This document shows positions 15,870 to 18,347 of a stretch of 18,347 nucleotides of DNA, piece by piece; positions within the stretch are counted from its first letter, which is position 1, and each line of letters starts with the position of its first letter. The position numbers and the translations under genes were made by a program. The DNA is from Candidatus Thorarchaeota archaeon (GTDB lineage: Archaea; Asgardarchaeota; Thorarchaeia; Thorarchaeales; Thorarchaeaceae): positions 1 to 18,347 of the forward strand of contig JBHIAE010000055.1 of the NCBI GenBank assembly GCA_046758445.1, in the 5' to 3' direction. Under the pieces are notes generated by a model, which did not search any database, was not told where the DNA came from, and saw nothing but the letters and a program-made list of their open reading frames with translations.

Positions 15870-16943
15870 ATGCGTTCCTTTCGAGTGCGTGCTCCAGGTA
15901 GGGTATGCTTGTTTGGAGAACATAGCGACTACCTTGGATTACCTGTTATCCCAGCGGCTCTTGACATGGCAATTGAGCTAGAGGCGACACCTCGAGAGGA
16001 CAACAGGATCAGTGTTGACTACCCGGATACCAATGACCGCGATACCTTCTCATTGGAAACGGAAACTGACTACCGCCATTCGCGCGACTATCTCAGGAGT
16101 GCGTTCAATCTTCTCTTCCGACGTGGGATGAAGCCCAAACATGGTTGGAATCTTCGAGTAACTGGGGAAATTCCCATATCTGCAGGGCTCTCAAGCTCGT
16201 CAGCGCTCACAGTGGCCGCGGTTATGACCTTCGCGAGAATGGCATCCATCGAACTTGAGGTGACTAATCTCGCACAGACTGCCTACGAAGCTGAGGTGAC
16301 TGAGTTTGGAGAGAGCGGAGGAATGATGGACCACTTCTCTTCTGCATATGGACACATAATCCATGTAGATCCTGGATTGAAGTACAAGACCACACGCCTT
16401 CCTGCGCAGATTGAGGGTCTAGTGATTGGTGATTCCCTTGAGAAGAAAGAAGATACCGTCGGAGACCTGAGGAGAATCAGATCTGAGGTTGAGAGAGAGT
16501 ACGAGATGCTGGCGACAGTGATTCCTCACTTTGACCAGAGAACAACATCATCGGACAAGGTATTCGAGGTTTCTCCTGAGGAGCCAACGGAGTCAAGAAG
16601 AATGGCGCAGGCAACACTCCTCAACAGAGACCTTACACAACAAGCATTTGGACTGCTAAAGGACAAGAAACCGAATCCAAAGGAGGTGGGTGAGCTGCTT
16701 GACCTCCACCATGATCTGCTCAGATCTCGTTTGAAGAGATCAACGCAAAGAATTGAGGACATGATTGTGGCGGCCAAATCAGCAGGGGCTCTGGGTTGCA
16801 AGATAAACGGCAGTGGGGGAGGAGGTACGATGCTGGCACTTGCTCCAGGGAATGAGAACCAGGTAGCTGAAGCTATCAAAGACGCTGGCGGAGTCCCTTA
16901 TCATGTCAGAATCGGTCCTGGTGCCCGAATAGAGGAAGCTTGA
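15870..16943 (+). CDS. GHMP-family kinase, galactokinase-like
   Basis: Motifs: APGRVCLFGEHSDY (GalK-type motif I), IPISAGLSSSSA (ATP-binding loop), GGMMD, GALGCKINGSGGGG. Start ATG 15870; ATG 15843 is an alternative. Confidence 0.85.
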   Translation: MRSFRVRAPGRVCLFGEHSDYLGLPVIPAALDMAIELEATPREDNRISVDYPDTNDRDTFSLETETDYRHSRDYLRSAFNLLFRRGMKPKHGWNLRVTGEIPISAGLSSSSALTVAAVMTFARMASIELEVTNLAQTAYEAEVTEFGESGGMMDHFSSAYGHIIHVDPGLKYKTTRLPAQIEGLVIGDSLEKKEDTVGDLRRIRSEVEREYEMLATVIPHFDQRTTSSDKVFEVSPEEPTESRRMAQATLLNRDLTQQAFGLLKDKKPNPKEVGELLDLHHDLLRSRLKRSTQRIEDMIVAAKSAGALGCKINGSGGGGTMLALAPGNENQVAEAIKDAGGVPYHVRIGPGARIEEA

Positions 16944-16944
16944 T

Positions 16945-17745
16945 TCAAGTCGCAAGTGGATGTTTGGGTTCTTCCCCTTTGCACTCTAAACCGATCGCAT
17001 CGCAAACTGCATACCTGTGGTTATATCCGGCTATGTGTAGCGGGGCGTCTCCAAGCTCTCTGTCAACCGTCATTGCGCCTGTACATGGATAGGCGTGATG
17101 GGCCTTTGCAATGACGTCGAAGAGACCCTCTGTGTCAGAGATGTCGTGGCCTTTCACCTTCTGTGATACATACCAAGCACATCCACAGGGTGAGGATCTC
17201 ATCACTGCAATCTCAGCTATTCGACCGTTGCTTACAGTGGCGTCAAATACCGGCATCCCGATTCTATACCTGTCCATGAACGCGTCTATGACCTCTCCAT
17301 GTCCATGCGTTAGAGTGCAGAATGGCTTTGGAAAAGCCGACTCTGTGCCAATTGCATCAAGAGATTCCTTGACTTGTTCTCGAAGGCCGGGAGGCAACCA
17401 TGTTGTATCTTCTATTGGGGCGATGACCGCCTTCGCGCCTGTCTTCTTCACCAATAGGTCAGCTGAAGCAATGAGGTCATGGTGAACACCAATGAGTAGA
17501 AGGACATCACATTGCTGAAGATTGATACCCTCAAGCATCTCCATTGGATCATCGAACATCTTGGAGGCGGGAGCATCTATCCTAAACATTCCGACGATAT
17601 CGCCGACAAAAGTCCCATAGGTAACCCTGCAGTCACCGCAGGTAGGAGCGCAACCTTCACAGAAGGTCTTGAAGTTGATGAGATTCCCCAGCACTCGCTC
17701 GGCAAAGACATCACCATAAATGGTAACCAATCGCAATGTGACCAC
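16945..17745 (-). CDS. DUF166-family Cys-rich conserved archaeal protein
   Basis: 'PKPFC', 'RSSPCGCAWYV' and 'YPCTGAM..D..LH.AG' match my recollection of DUF166 proteins. There is an extra N-terminal CxxCxxxCxxC. The start may be TTG 17736 after GGGTGG. Confidence 0.7.
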   Translation of the reverse strand: MVTLRLVTIYGDVFAERVLGNLINFKTFCEGCAPTCGDCRVTYGTFVGDIVGMFRIDAPASKMFDDPMEMLEGINLQQCDVLLLIGVHHDLIASADLLVKKTGAKAVIAPIEDTTWLPPGLREQVKESLDAIGTESAFPKPFCTLTHGHGEVIDAFMDRYRIGMPVFDATVSNGRIAEIAVMRSSPCGCAWYVSQKVKGHDISDTEGLFDVIAKAHHAYPCTGAMTVDRELGDAPLHIAGYNHRYAVCDAIGLECKGEEPKHPLAT

Positions 17746-17824
17746 CCATGTAACACGAAAGACGACGTGCTTTCCTACTAAAGCTTGGTGATTGTGGCGG
17801 AATCAGCATGATGACGATGAATTG

Positions 17825-18346
17825 CTAGCCTTCGGCCAGTTCCTTCATCCGTGCCTCTACAATCTCTAAGACTTCAGACTGAAGCTTCCTTCCGTCATCG
17901 ATTATCTTCTGTACCTCTTCGGAGGTCTTCTTGACAAATCCCTTGTCCTTGATATTGCCAAGGTTGATCCTCACATTCAGAGCTGCACCCTCGATTGCAG
18001 CGAACAGAGCGTATGCAGCTACTCCTGCGTCAGTTATCGAGTTGATGTTGCCTTTTGCAGCCGCAACCTTGGCATGCTCCAGCGCCTTGAAAGAGTGTCG
18101 CATCGTCTGGAGCGGGACCTCTGCTGCATGGATTGTGGCACTCTCTGTGAACGCCTCTTTCTGCTTCCTTTCTTTAGGGGTCTCCTCAGCCATCTTGAAA
18201 GTGTCCATCACCGCATCGAATGCAGCGGAGTCCTTCTCTACAAGGTCCATGAGTACCCCACGATCGTTCTCGGCTGCACGACGATGCTGAAGCATCTCCT
18301 CCTTGATTGCTACAAACCTACGACCAGATAGGGAAAGACCAGTCAC
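17825..18346 (-). CDS. Formiminotetrahydrofolate cyclodeaminase domain (C-terminal part of FTCD or a stand-alone cyclodeaminase), 5' end outside the window
   Basis: 'LVEKDSAAFDAVM', 'AAEVPL', 'GNINSITDAGVA' and 'EGAALNVRINL' are FTCD_C motifs. The ORF runs off the window edge. Confidence 0.85.
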   Translation of the reverse strand: MTGLSLSGRRFVAIKEEMLQHRRAAENDRGVLMDLVEKDSAAFDAVMDTFKMAEETPKERKQKEAFTESATIHAAEVPLQTMRHSFKALEHAKVAAAKGNINSITDAGVAAYALFAAIEGAALNVRINLGNIKDKGFVKKTSEEVQKIIDDGRKLQSEVLEIVEARMKELAEG

Positions 18347-18347
18347 C

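Noticed and set aside
16941-16947. Very tight convergent gene ends (1 bp here, 4 bp at 7675/7680, 20 bp at 4226/4247)
   Set aside because: This is common in compact archaeal genomes, and sequence alone gives no evidence for antisense regulation.
13-18331. Numerous 60-180 aa alternative-frame and antisense ORFs in the track (e.g. 979..1509-, 2018..2485-, 5124..5513+, 9830..10261+, 15355..15750-, 17111..17485+)
   Set aside because: They overlap well-supported genes, have no recognisable motifs and show the Ser/Thr/Pro-rich composition typical of shadow ORFs.
1-18347. CRISPR arrays, tRNA/rRNA, IS elements, integrases, defence systems
   Set aside because: I saw no spaced direct repeats, cloverleaf motifs, terminal inverted repeats, or transposase or nuclease motifs. 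Intergenic gaps are all under about 180 bp.

Overview
This is a gene-dense archaeal window, most likely from an Asgard archaeon (Thorarchaeia-like). That assignment is an inference from a longin plus winged-helix protein resembling eukaryotic NPRL2, GGTGA/GAGGTG Shine-Dalgarno (SD) motifs, TATA-like promoters and the gene content. I count 16 CDSs and see no rRNA, tRNA, CRISPR array or mobile element. In order: (+) FabK/nitronate-monooxygenase-family flavoprotein, Fe-containing alcohol dehydrogenase, tungsten-type aldehyde:ferredoxin oxidoreductase; (-) PepD dipeptidase; (+) PAP2 membrane phosphatase and an acetoacetate-decarboxylase-fold protein lacking the catalytic Lys; (-) ABC-2 ATPase and permease followed by the NPRL2-like protein; (+) a lipoate assembly operon lipS2-lipS1-lpl(AB)::DUF116-lipT-like, then a galactokinase-like GHMP kinase; (-) a Cys-rich DUF166 protein and the C-terminal cyclodeaminase part of an FTCD. 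The most notable points are the ligase with a fused 8-Cys DUF116 domain, the lipT-like gene that apparently must start at ATT, a single in-frame TGA between lipS1 and the ligase, the NPRL2/GATOR1-like protein, the Lys-to-Arg ADC-fold protein and a 16-bp palindrome in the divergent ABC/lip promoter. All family calls come from by-eye motif recognition; no searches were run.
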